DNA from: Promethearchaeota archaeon
GTDB lineage: Archaea; Asgardarchaeota; Lokiarchaeia; Sigyniarchaeales; SOKP01
Assembly: GCA_048939015.1 (NCBI GenBank)
Contig: JBHLPW010000047.1
Span: 1-41,564 of the forward strand
Reading direction: 5' to 3'
DNA length: 41,564 nt
Below, piece by piece: positions 27,161 through 36,622 of the stretch (position 1 is its first letter; every line of letters starts with the position of its first letter). The translations under genes were made by a program, and so were the position numbers. The notes beneath the pieces were generated by a model. The model was not told the origin of the DNA, did no database searches, and saw only the letters and a list, made by a program, of their open reading frames with translations.

Positions 27161-29716
27161 ATGAAATCTAAACTTAAAACTATCATCCTGCTTTTTTTTG
27201 GAGTTGTCTTCGCATTCTCATTTAGTATTATTATTAATCTCAATTTTTATGAATGGAATTATGATATCAATTTGGACGACACTCAAGAAAAAGATAACCA
27301 AAGAACTTCAAAAGTATCAGAAAGAATCGAGATTTTTGATAATTCAAACTGGATAGATGCTAAATCTGAAGGAGTTTGTACAGGTTCAGGTACCTCTTCT
27401 GATCCATATGTCATTGAAGAGCTTGAAATAGATGGCGAAGGCTCGAACTGTATCTTGATATCAGGTACCGATATGTACTTTAGGATTGAAAATTGTACAT
27501 TATTTAATTCGGTAATTAAAGCGGGAATTTATTTAAGTAATGTAGAGAACGGCCAAATTACTAATAATGATTGTTCGTCTGATCGTTGGGGAATATTACT
27601 TGAAGAGTGTAATGATATTAAAGTTGTTGGTAACACTGCACACAACAATGTGGGGGATGGAATACTTTTGAGACGCAGTTTTAATATCAATGTATCTGAT
27701 AATATCGCAAACAATAATGATAATATTGGAATAAATTTAGAAGATCACTGTCATAATAATGTTATTACTGGAAATATTGTAGACTACAGTGGAGATACTG
27801 GAATATGTTTAACACAACACTGTTATAATAATGATATTATAGGAAACACCGCAGGATATAGCGGTGATACAGGTATACGTATAGATCTTAGTAGCAATAA
27901 CATTGTTTCAGAAAATACAGTTAATAACAACGAACATGGGATAAATTCATGGATAATGGTTAATAACAAATTCACAGACAATAATATTATAGATAATAAT
28001 GTTGGCATTAATATTGGTGAAAAATCTAAATGCAATGATTTTTCAAATAATATATTTAGTGATAATAATCAGGATATTGTTGGTACCCAAGAATTTTGTT
28101 TGGATGATATTTTAATCCCTCTCATTATTGGAATAATTATCGGGATCGCTGGATTTGTAATACTCATAGGTTTTCTCATTAGAAGAAGGAGATCTTCCAA
28201 ATCAAAGATAAAAATAGAAGAATTACCTGTAGAGGAACAAGTCACAGTGAAAGAAATTAAGGTGTCTATAGAAGAAATACCCGTAGAAGAGGAAATCATT
28301 GAACGAGAGTTAATAAGTTCTCCTGAAATTGCGCCAGTCGAAGAAAAAGTTTTAAAAGAAGAAATTGAGATCCCTTTAGAGGAAATACCCGTTGAGGAGG
28401 AAATCATTGAACGAGAGTTAATAAGTTCTCCTGAAATTGTACCAGTCGAAGAAAAAGGTTTAGAAGAAGAAATTGAGACTCTTCCAGAGGAAATACCTAT
28501 TGAGGAGGAAACCAATGAACAACAGGTAGTTAGTCCTCCCGAAATGGTACAAGTAGAAGAAACAGTTAAAGAAGTAGAAATAGAGGATGGTTCGAAAGAA
28601 GAAACAGTAATAGAAGAAGTAAAAGAAGATGTAGCAAGACATGTTGAAGAAGTGACAATAGAAGAAACAGTTATCAAAGAAGAAAGTGAGACACCTCCAA
28701 AAAAAGCACCAATAGTAGAGGAAGTCAAAGAAGAAATAGTAAGTACTTCCGAAGAAATGCCTATAATGGAAGAACCTATTGAAGAAGAAATGGTCTTCAA
28801 AGCTCCTGAAGTTTTAAATGAAATCATCCCTATTAGAACAATTAAAGGGCATACGCTGGGTGTGACCTCATTGGCGGTCTCTCCTGATGGTGAATATATT
28901 GTAAGTAGTTCGAAAGACAAGACAATTAAAATCTGGGAATTAACTACAGGTAGACTTCTGAGAACTCTCTTAGGACATGAAAAATACATCACTTCGGTTG
29001 CTGTTTCTTCCGATGGAAATTATGTTATCAGTGGTTCCAACGATAAAACGGCGAAAATCTGGGAACTTTCCTCAGGAAAACTAATTCAAACTCTTAAAGG
29101 ACATATATTTTATGTTTTATCTGTGGCAGTTTCTCCGAATGGTCAATTTGTCGTAAGCAGTTCATTTGATAAAGATATTAAAATATGGAACTTAGAAACG
29201 GGAGATCTAATAAACACACTCAAAGGGCACAGAAAAGAAGTAAGTTCAGTGGCTATCTCACCAGATAATGAATATATTGTTAGTGGGTCAAGTGATAAGA
29301 CTATAAAAATTTGGAATCTTTCTTCAGGTGAGCTCATAAGAACAATAGAAGGCATTAAAAAATTTATTAATTCAGTCGCTTTTACTCCTGATGGAAAGTG
29401 TATTATCAGTGGATCCAATGAAAAAACCATTAAAATCTGGCAAATGAATACTGGAAAACTCATAACAACACTTAAAGGCCATAATATGTATGTTTCGTCA
29501 ATATCAGTTTCTCCTGACAGCAATTATGTAGTAAGTGGTTCATATGATAAAAACGTTAAAGTGTGGTACTTAGCGACTGGAGAACTTATAAGTACACTTG
29601 AGGGGCATGAAAAAGAAGTAGTGACAGTAGCAATTTCTCCTGATAGTAAATATATTATTAGTGGATCAAGTGATACGACAATTAAAATTTGGGAATGTGT
29701 TAAGGAAAGTTCATAA
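27161..29716 (+). CDS. Membrane protein: NosD/right-handed beta-helix ectodomain, TM, Glu-rich linker, 7 WD40 repeats
   Basis: GSGT.SDPYVIE plus GI.L...N.I..N repeats. TM ILIPLIIGIIIGIAGFVILIGFLI followed by RRRR. Seven 42-aa GH..V.SVA.SPD...SGS.DKTIKIW repeats. Confidence 0.9.
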   Translation: MKSKLKTIILLFFGVVFAFSFSIIINLNFYEWNYDINLDDTQEKDNQRTSKVSERIEIFDNSNWIDAKSEGVCTGSGTSSDPYVIEELEIDGEGSNCILISGTDMYFRIENCTLFNSVIKAGIYLSNVENGQITNNDCSSDRWGILLEECNDIKVVGNTAHNNVGDGILLRRSFNINVSDNIANNNDNIGINLEDHCHNNVITGNIVDYSGDTGICLTQHCYNNDIIGNTAGYSGDTGIRIDLSSNNIVSENTVNNNEHGINSWIMVNNKFTDNNIIDNNVGINIGEKSKCNDFSNNIFSDNNQDIVGTQEFCLDDILIPLIIGIIIGIAGFVILIGFLIRRRRSSKSKIKIEELPVEEQVTVKEIKVSIEEIPVEEEIIERELISSPEIAPVEEKVLKEEIEIPLEEIPVEEEIIERELISSPEIVPVEEKGLEEEIETLPEEIPIEEETNEQQVVSPPEMVQVEETVKEVEIEDGSKEETVIEEVKEDVARHVEEVTIEETVIKEESETPPKKAPIVEEVKEEIVSTSEEMPIMEEPIEEEMVFKAPEVLNEIIPIRTIKGHTLGVTSLAVSPDGEYIVSSSKDKTIKIWELTTGRLLRTLLGHEKYITSVAVSSDGNYVISGSNDKTAKIWELSSGKLIQTLKGHIFYVLSVAVSPNGQFVVSSSFDKDIKIWNLETGDLINTLKGHRKEVSSVAISPDNEYIVSGSSDKTIKIWNLSSGELIRTIEGIKKFINSVAFTPDGKCIISGSNEKTIKIWQMNTGKLITTLKGHNMYVSSISVSPDSNYVVSGSYDKNVKVWYLATGELISTLEGHEKEVVTVAISPDSKYIISGSSDTTIKIWECVKESS
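28271..28560 (+). repeat. 108-bp (36-aa) intragenic tandem repeat
   Basis: Units start at 28271, 28379 and 28487 (third degenerate): EEIPVEEEIIERELISSPEI.PVEEK.L.EEIE. Confidence 0.85.
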
Positions 29717-29792
29717 GTGAAGATAAAATACTAGTCATTTAATTTTAAACAACCTTTTTCATCTAATATTCCTATTTAAAGTTGGATTTCAA

Positions 29793-31283
29793 ATGATTGA
29801 ATATACTATTTCTGAACTCCGGAAGTCAATAGAATCAGGGAAACTTACAGCAAAATACCTAGTTCAAAATTATTTAAAAAGAATTAGGAAAGTTGATAAA
29901 GCTGGACCAAAAATAAATTCTATAATTGAATTAAATCCCGATGCATTACAAATTGCAGAAAAACTTGATGAGGAAATAAAAAATAATTATATACGTGGCC
30001 CATTACATGGTATTCCTATTTTGGTTAAAGATAATATCTCTACAGCAGATAAAATGATGACTTCTGCTGGATCTTTAGCTCTTGAAGGCTATAAAGCCTC
30101 TCGAGATGCCTTTATTGTTAGTAAGTTAAGAGAAGCTGGAGCTATAATCTTAGGCAAAACAAACCTAAGTGAATGGGCTAATTTTAGATCCACTCGTTCT
30201 ACGAGTGGTTGGAGTAGTCGTGGAGGTCAAACATTAAATCCTTATGTACTTGATCGCAATCCATGCGGTTCTAGTTCTGGTTCAGCAGTAGCAGTAGCCG
30301 CAAACCTATGTGCAGGAGCAATTGGAACTGAAACCGACGGTTCGATAATTTGCCCTTCACAGATAAATTCAATAGTTGGAATAAAGCCCTCAATTGGGTT
30401 GGTTAGTCGAACCGGAATTATACCAATTTCACATAACCAAGATACTGCTGGTCCAATGGCAAGAACCGTTGAGGATGCTGCTGTTATATTAAGTGTTATA
30501 GTTGGAATTGATACTGAAGATCCAAGTACCATTAAGGATATTGAAATTCCATCTGATTATACTGAATTTCTAGATATTAATGGATTGGTTGAAGCTAGAA
30601 TTGGTATTGCTCGAAATTTTTTTGGTAGAAATGAGTACGTAGATCAACTAATGGAAAAAGCTATCAAGAAAATGAAAGAGTTGGGGGCTACAATCATAGA
30701 TCCGACAAATATCACTATAGTAAATGATCTAAATGAGCCAGAATATGAAGTTCTCCTTTATGATTTTAAACATGATATGAATGAATTTCTAAGGAGTAAT
30801 GTCCCAGATGATTTTCCTCAAACATTAAACGAGTTAATCCAGTATAATAATCAATTTAAAGATAAAATTATGCCTTATTTTGGGCAAGAGATATTCAAAA
30901 TGTCAGAAGAAAAAGGACCTCTCTCAAGCGAAGAATATAAAGCTGCTTTAGAAAAATGTCAAAGACTTTCTCGTGATGAAGGTGTAGATAAAATTATCCA
31001 AGAAAATCAACTTGATGCTATTATTGCTCCAAGTGGTGGTCCTGCATGGATTATTGATTATGTTAATGGAGATCATTCTACAGGAGGAAGCTCTTCCCCT
31101 TCTGCTGTTTCAGGGTATTCAAATATAACTGTTCCAGCGGGTTATGTCTTTGGTCTTCCAATTGGTATTTCATTTATTGGTGGATTATTTCAAGAACCTA
31201 TTCTTCTCAAATTGGCGTATGCCTTTGAGCAAGCAACTAAAGTAAGACAACCACCAAAATTTCTGAAAACCATTAACATCTAA
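29793..31283 (+). CDS. Amidase (amidase signature family)
   Basis: GPLHGIPILVKDN, GKTNLSEW, GSSSGS, GTETDGSI. Confidence 0.95.
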   Translation: MIEYTISELRKSIESGKLTAKYLVQNYLKRIRKVDKAGPKINSIIELNPDALQIAEKLDEEIKNNYIRGPLHGIPILVKDNISTADKMMTSAGSLALEGYKASRDAFIVSKLREAGAIILGKTNLSEWANFRSTRSTSGWSSRGGQTLNPYVLDRNPCGSSSGSAVAVAANLCAGAIGTETDGSIICPSQINSIVGIKPSIGLVSRTGIIPISHNQDTAGPMARTVEDAAVILSVIVGIDTEDPSTIKDIEIPSDYTEFLDINGLVEARIGIARNFFGRNEYVDQLMEKAIKKMKELGATIIDPTNITIVNDLNEPEYEVLLYDFKHDMNEFLRSNVPDDFPQTLNELIQYNNQFKDKIMPYFGQEIFKMSEEKGPLSSEEYKAALEKCQRLSRDEGVDKIIQENQLDAIIAPSGGPAWIIDYVNGDHSTGGSSSPSAVSGYSNITVPAGYVFGLPIGISFIGGLFQEPILLKLAYAFEQATKVRQPPKFLKTINI

Positions 31284-31309
31284 TTATAAAAATTCTAAAT
31301 TGAGTAATT

Positions 31310-31801
31310 ATGGAAGATTCACTGAAGGAATGGTTAGAAAAAAATAAGATTCAATATATACTACATACACATCCAGCGGTTTTTACTGTTCCTGAAGCTA
31401 AAATTCATTGTGGACACATCCCTGGAACTCACTGTAAAAATTTAGTTCTTAAGAATAAGAAATCTGGCCAATTATATTTAGTAACAATTCCTCATGAAAA
31501 ACGATTGGATTTAAATCAATTTCGTAAAATTATTGGTGCTCCAAAGATTCGTTTTGCGGGACCGGAAGAACTTTCGGAGACATTAGGCATTACTCCCGGT
31601 GCAGTTTCTCCAATCGGATTAGTTAATGACACTAGCGATCAAGTGATATTCATAATAGACGAAACTGTGTGGAATGCGAAAGAAATATGCTGTCATCCTA
31701 ACGTAAATATAGAAACCTTGCAGATTCCTGGAGAAGAATTTCGAAAATTAATTAAATGTACTGGAACAACAATGGAAATTAAAAGACTTCCTTATTCATA
31801 A
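31310..31801 (+). CDS. YbaK/ProX prolyl-tRNA editing domain protein
   Basis: HPAVFTV, KNLVLK, LGITPGAVSPIG, HPNVN. Confidence 0.9.
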   Translation: MEDSLKEWLEKNKIQYILHTHPAVFTVPEAKIHCGHIPGTHCKNLVLKNKKSGQLYLVTIPHEKRLDLNQFRKIIGAPKIRFAGPEELSETLGITPGAVSPIGLVNDTSDQVIFIIDETVWNAKEICCHPNVNIETLQIPGEEFRKLIKCTGTTMEIKRLPYS

Positions 31802-31881
31802 TCCATTCACTTTCATAAATTTTATAAAAAAAATAAGAAAATTTTTATTTTTAAACATCCTGTAGTTCATTCTCGTCATTA

Positions 31882-32259
31882 TCACTCTAAAGCTGTTCGA
31901 GCTTTTTCTAAGTTATCAACTCCAAGAACGATTCTATTATTTTCAGCTAAATAAATTAAGTCAATATTAACTCCTGCATTACCAATTTTTCTAGCCAGCT
32001 TTCCCCCTGTACCAGGTTTTCCTACCACGGTACCGATATCTATAACGAGTACATCACGTATAGCCCGTACTTCAAAACCTGCATCTTCGAGGACCCATTG
32101 AGTTGTAGTCTCATCTTCCACTAAAATATGAACGACACCTTCACCTTTTTGAGGAAAGGCACATAGTCCTTCCATATTAATACCACTTTTCCCTAAAGTT
32201 TCACCCATGTCAGCTAGAGCTCCTGGTTTATTTTTTAAAATAACAGTTAAATCTTTCAT
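31882..32259 (-). CDS. Tandem ACT domain protein
   Basis: L.NKPGALA...LG..GIN and KPG......IGNAGVNIDLIY. Confidence 0.88.
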   Translation of the reverse strand: MKDLTVILKNKPGALADMGETLGKSGINMEGLCAFPQKGEGVVHILVEDETTTQWVLEDAGFEVRAIRDVLVIDIGTVVGKPGTGGKLARKIGNAGVNIDLIYLAENNRIVLGVDNLEKARTALE

Positions 32260-32456
32260 TATTGTATTTCCCTTATATTTTAATTGATTTTGTTTAGAAA
32301 TTTGATTTTTAAAATATTTTCTCGAGATTTCTTTCCAATGTTTTATTATGTCTTTTCCCTATTTAAGCTTTCTTTTTCAATTTATCTTAAGGTTTTAAGA
32401 AATTAACTAAAAATCCTTTCTAATTAAAATTTATAAAAAAGAAAAATGATAAGAGA

Positions 32457-33074
32457 TTAATTCGCTTCGGAATAGAGATATGCAATAACTCCAATTATTA
32501 TTCCAATAACAACTAAAACCTGCCAAAAACTTATCAATAGTATAATACTTCCTAAGAAGAGGCTTAAAATAGCGAGTCCAGGTCTAGAGTCCTTCTCATA
32601 ATAAAAGCCTCCTAAAGCGCAACCTATTGCTATAAAACCAAGTGGAGCTGCTGATAGATTGCTCCAGATGGAGAATGACATTAATCCTTGTACATCACAG
32701 TATATTATCACTATCGTTCCTAGGATATCAAAAATTAATGCGATGAGACCATAAGTTGGAACTTTATAGTGTACATTAGGTTTAGATCTTCTGCTTATTG
32801 AAACTAATTCTCCAATAAATAGTATTGTAATGAAAATTACATTTATTGCTATTAATAGTCCAATTCTATTTGCCGATAATAATATTCCAATACCTATCAA
32901 TATTCCAACTATAGAGGCAAATCCTCCAACAAATTTAGGATACTCCGACACAAATTCTTTAAATGAATTTGAAGTTTCTAATTGTTCAGATTCTACCACC
33001 TTTTCTAGGGTGAGTTCCTCAGCGTTCATTTCCATTACATCCACATTCTTTACTTCTTCATAATATTCTTTCAT
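32457..33074 (-). CDS. Hypothetical membrane protein
   Basis: Acidic N-terminus followed by 5-6 TM segments; AGGTGA RBS. Confidence 0.7.
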   Translation of the reverse strand: MKEYYEEVKNVDVMEMNAEELTLEKVVESEQLETSNSFKEFVSEYPKFVGGFASIVGILIGIGILLSANRIGLLIAINVIFITILFIGELVSISRRSKPNVHYKVPTYGLIALIFDILGTIVIIYCDVQGLMSFSIWSNLSAAPLGFIAIGCALGGFYYEKDSRPGLAILSLFLGSIILLISFWQVLVVIGIIIGVIAYLYSEAN

Positions 33075-33237
33075 AAAATCACCTTTAAGTGTCTAAAAAT
33101 AATTACGTTATAATTATATTTTTAGTTTTATAACCAGAATTTTAATTGGACTTTCGGATAATTATTGGATTATCTTATACTCCAGCTTAATTTTTATAAA
33201 GACAAATTTTATTTTTGTAATTCAAGTTTTATAATTA

Positions 33238-34131
33238 TTGTATGGTGATTATATGTCCAAAATTGCTGTTATATCTACTATAGATCGCGTTTATGGTGTG
33301 AATAAATCTTTAGAGTTATTAGCTATTAATCCTGTTAAAGATAAGCATGTGATTTTCAAACCTAATTTCAATACTGCTGATCCTCCTCCTGCTTCAAGTT
33401 CAATAGAGACTATTAGGCAGCTCATTATAAAGTTGAAAGATATGGGTGCTAAATCAATTACAGTTGCTGAACGTAGTGGTCCTGCAAATACATCTAAAAC
33501 TTTTAAGAAAAAGGGATTATATGAATTAGCAGAGGAATTAGAATTTAAGATTGTTGATTTAACTCAAATACCAAGGGACGAATATGTACTTAAAAATTCG
33601 GAAGGTTTTCATTGGAAGGAAGGATTTCTGTTTGCTAAAATCTATGATGATGCCGAATGTATTGTGGAAACATGTTGTTTGAAAACTCATATGTATGGAG
33701 GTCATTTTACTTTATCGCTAAAGAATGCAGTAGGAATGGTATCTAAGAGTAATATGGGAGAATTGCATTCTTCTAGACATCAGAGGAAAATGATTGCTGA
33801 AATAAATTCTGTATATAAACCTGATTTAATTATCATGGATGGTGTCATTAGTTTTGTAGACCGTGGACCAATGGAGGGTACCCGAAAGGAAGCAAATGTC
33901 TTTGTTGCTGGTAATGATAAGGTTGCTCTTGATGCGGTTGGTGTAGCAATACTACGTTTTTTGGGGACTACTCCAGAAGTGTCAAAAGGATCGATTTTTG
34001 AACAAGAACAAATTAAAAGAGCAGTAGAACTAGGTTTAGGAATAGCATCACCAGATGATATTGAATTTTTAACTGATTCTGAAGAATCTGAAAAACTAGT
34101 AGAAAAAATAAAAGAAGAATTAGCTAATTAA
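33238..34131 (+). CDS. DUF362 domain protein (true start likely ATG 33253)
   Basis: VIFKPNFN, LKTH..G.FTLSLKNAVG, PDLIIMDG, D.VALD. Confidence 0.88.
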   Translation: MYGDYMSKIAVISTIDRVYGVNKSLELLAINPVKDKHVIFKPNFNTADPPPASSSIETIRQLIIKLKDMGAKSITVAERSGPANTSKTFKKKGLYELAEELEFKIVDLTQIPRDEYVLKNSEGFHWKEGFLFAKIYDDAECIVETCCLKTHMYGGHFTLSLKNAVGMVSKSNMGELHSSRHQRKMIAEINSVYKPDLIIMDGVISFVDRGPMEGTRKEANVFVAGNDKVALDAVGVAILRFLGTTPEVSKGSIFEQEQIKRAVELGLGIASPDDIEFLTDSEESEKLVEKIKEELAN

Positions 34132-34161
34132 TTTCTTAGGTCCTCCGAAAAGTCACTATAA

Positions 34162-34392
34162 TCACATCAGTAAGCCAAACTTTCTCAAAATCCAATCATC
34201 AATAATTATGTCTTGTAAGAGACTATTTTCTCTTGAGAATTCAGATTGAATCGTTGATTTAGGAACGCAAATCACTTTTCCATCGGGTAACCTGATGAAT
34301 ATTGTTTTTTTATTATCTTTTATATAATAACATTTTACTACACTTACAGGTTCATATGAATCCTGATCCTTAATTATAAAATTGGATGTCAT
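34162..34392 (-). CDS. Small hypothetical protein
   Basis: 76 aa, similar to the C-terminal domain of 19725..20441 (PKS.I.S.F......Q...IDDWIL.K). Confidence 0.7.
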   Translation of the reverse strand: MTSNFIIKDQDSYEPVSVVKCYYIKDNKKTIFIRLPDGKVICVPKSTIQSEFSRENSLLQDIIIDDWILRKFGLLM

Positions 34393-34582
34393 TAATTTCC
34401 TGAAACTTGTCTAGTATTTAAATTAAAATAGTGTGCGAAATTAGTCATATTAGGGTGTTCTTTATATAGTCTATTTATAGTCCAAGAATCCAATTATTAT
34501 TCTGGATATGAAACTAATAATATAATATTAGTTTATTTTTATTTAATAAAAACAAAATAAAATATAACAAGTAGAGAGAAAA

Positions 34583-34939
34583 ATGGTGGTTAAATTGGTT
34601 GATTTAGAACAGCAAGTTTTAGAATTTGAAGAACAAAAGTACGAATCGGATGCAAAAGCAAAAATAAAGAGCAAGAAAACCTCTATTGGTAAATATTATG
34701 CTTTTTTTTTGCGTTATGAACCAATTAAGTGTTTATTAATAATTGGGGCAATATTAGGTGGTATAGTATCCATTTATTTTACTATAGGAGGAGGACTTTC
34801 ACCAGTATGGATTCCCTTGAGTATAATGTTTATTGGACCAATAGGGTTAGTAGTTTTTATCCTAATTCTTCCATTTCTCGTTATCATCCTTTATGTTACT
34901 ATTAGAATAGTAGGAGCTATATTGGAAGTTGTTAGTTAA
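34583..34939 (+). CDS. Hypothetical membrane protein
   Basis: 118 aa, hydrophobic C-terminal half. Confidence 0.6.
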   Translation: MVVKLVDLEQQVLEFEEQKYESDAKAKIKSKKTSIGKYYAFFLRYEPIKCLLIIGAILGGIVSIYFTIGGGLSPVWIPLSIMFIGPIGLVVFILILPFLVIILYVTIRIVGAILEVVS

Positions 34940-35033
34940 AGAAAGTAATACCTTCCTCTTCTTTTTCTATTTTTTTATTTATAAAAACAAAAATTTTGAC
35001 TTTATTATTTAAAAAATGATTTTGGAAGTTAAA

Positions 35034-35564
35034 TTAGGCTTTATACTTATTGTATAATTCATTAATAATGCGATGGAACGCTTTTTCAACATTTTGACCA
35101 GTCTTGGCAGATGTTCGGAAATAATCAATATAAATTCCTTTATCTATGAATTTTGAGATCTTATTATCATTTAAATTGTTTTCATCAACTAAATCAACTT
35201 TATTTCCGAAAAGAATTACAGGTATATCCCCACAAAATTTCTTAATTTCTTTATTCCATTTTTCAATATGTTTTAGGCTCTTTCTCCCAAAATCATTTTC
35301 CTCAAGAGAAAACACAACAATTGACGCAAGACTAGACTTATAAAATGCAGGTCGCAGAAAGTTAAATTCATCTTGCCCTGCAATATCCCAAAAAAATAAT
35401 TCACACTGATCATCTTTTATCTCTTCGATATACTCAGAAAATTGAGCTCCTATAGTCTGAATATAATCTTCTTGAAAATTTCCTTGAGTAAATTTACTTA
35501 TTAAGGAAGTTTTACCTACAAAACCATCACCAATAACAGTAATTTTGAATTTGTATTTACTCAT
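35034..35564 (-). CDS. Small Rab/Ras-like GTPase
   Basis: GDGFVGKT, TIG, WDIAGQ, NKVD, SAK. Confidence 0.93.
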   Translation of the reverse strand: MSKYKFKITVIGDGFVGKTSLISKFTQGNFQEDYIQTIGAQFSEYIEEIKDDQCELFFWDIAGQDEFNFLRPAFYKSSLASIVVFSLEENDFGRKSLKHIEKWNKEIKKFCGDIPVILFGNKVDLVDENNLNDNKISKFIDKGIYIDYFRTSAKTGQNVEKAFHRIINELYNKYKA

Positions 35565-35668
35565 TAAATCACTTTTTAAATAGAAAAGTCACCTAGATAT
35601 AAATATCAACTGTATTTTAATATAAACTTTTCATTGTAGAGGTTATTAATTAATAGCAAATATTTATT

Positions 35669-36478
35669 TTGTTAAAAAGAGGAATAATTATGGTAGCAAT
35701 TAGAGAAAGTAGGATGGAAGTATTATTTGGATTTTTTGGTGCCTTATTTGTTTTAATAGGTCTTCTAACGACAGCATTTCTTACACCTGGCTTTACTCCC
35801 TTAATTTATACTATAAGTTCATTGGGGGAAGGAAATGCAAGATCATTGTTCAGTATCAGTTTCGTAGTTGCTGGTTGTTTATTAATCCCATTCTACATTT
35901 ACTTGAAAAAAGAGTTAGTCGCTATTGAAGAACATATTAGAAAACTCGCTACGGGGATTGCTATTTTTTCTAATATGTGTATTGCTCTTGTTGGAATAAT
36001 TCCAAATGAAACTTTTGATCCTGTAGCTTTTTACACATTTCATGGTGTTGTCGCAGCAGTGAGTTTTATTGGTACTTCAATCTATATAGTTTTGTATAGT
36101 ATTTTAATGTACAAAGGTCCGCAGTCCTTAATGTATAAAGGACCCTCTTTTAAACGATATTTAGCATATCTTGGTTTTATAGTAGGATTTATGTTAGTGA
36201 TATTTCTTGTAACGTTTAAACCATTAATTGAATGGATTTTAGCTTTTCTCACAGTTTCTTGGATAATAATTACAGCATTTCAGTGTATTTCATTTAAATT
36301 TTCGAAAATTCCTGGAGTGTACTATAAACGGTCTCAATATCCTAAAGCATTAAAATTATTTGAAGATGCAGTTCAGATATTGGATAATCTAAAAATGGGA
36401 GATGAGTCGATAACAGAAACTCTTAGAGAAAATATTGAATTCATTAAAGATGAAATGGAGAAAAAACCAGGTTTATAG
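35669..36478 (+). CDS. DUF998-like membrane protein with a C-terminal TPR-like helical tail
   Basis: PG.......ISSLG, LVGIIP, FH..VA pattern, ~6 TM; soluble C-terminal tail. Confidence 0.7.
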   Translation: MLKRGIIMVAIRESRMEVLFGFFGALFVLIGLLTTAFLTPGFTPLIYTISSLGEGNARSLFSISFVVAGCLLIPFYIYLKKELVAIEEHIRKLATGIAIFSNMCIALVGIIPNETFDPVAFYTFHGVVAAVSFIGTSIYIVLYSILMYKGPQSLMYKGPSFKRYLAYLGFIVGFMLVIFLVTFKPLIEWILAFLTVSWIIITAFQCISFKFSKIPGVYYKRSQYPKALKLFEDAVQILDNLKMGDESITETLRENIEFIKDEMEKKPGL

Positions 36479-36622
36479 GTTGAAACACAATTTTTTGTGA
36501 ATATTCTGCATCTTATTACATTTTCTTAGTTGTAATTACAGAAATGTAAAATTAATATTATATACAACAAAAACATACTATTTTATCACCGTTCTAGTTA
36601 CTTAAACAGAGTGTAAATAAAT

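Noticed and set aside
28069-28992. 307-aa Ser/Ile/Thr-rich ORF on the minus strand
   Set aside because: Antisense shadow of the Glu-rich linker (GAA codons read as TTC/TCT); fully overlaps a well-supported gene
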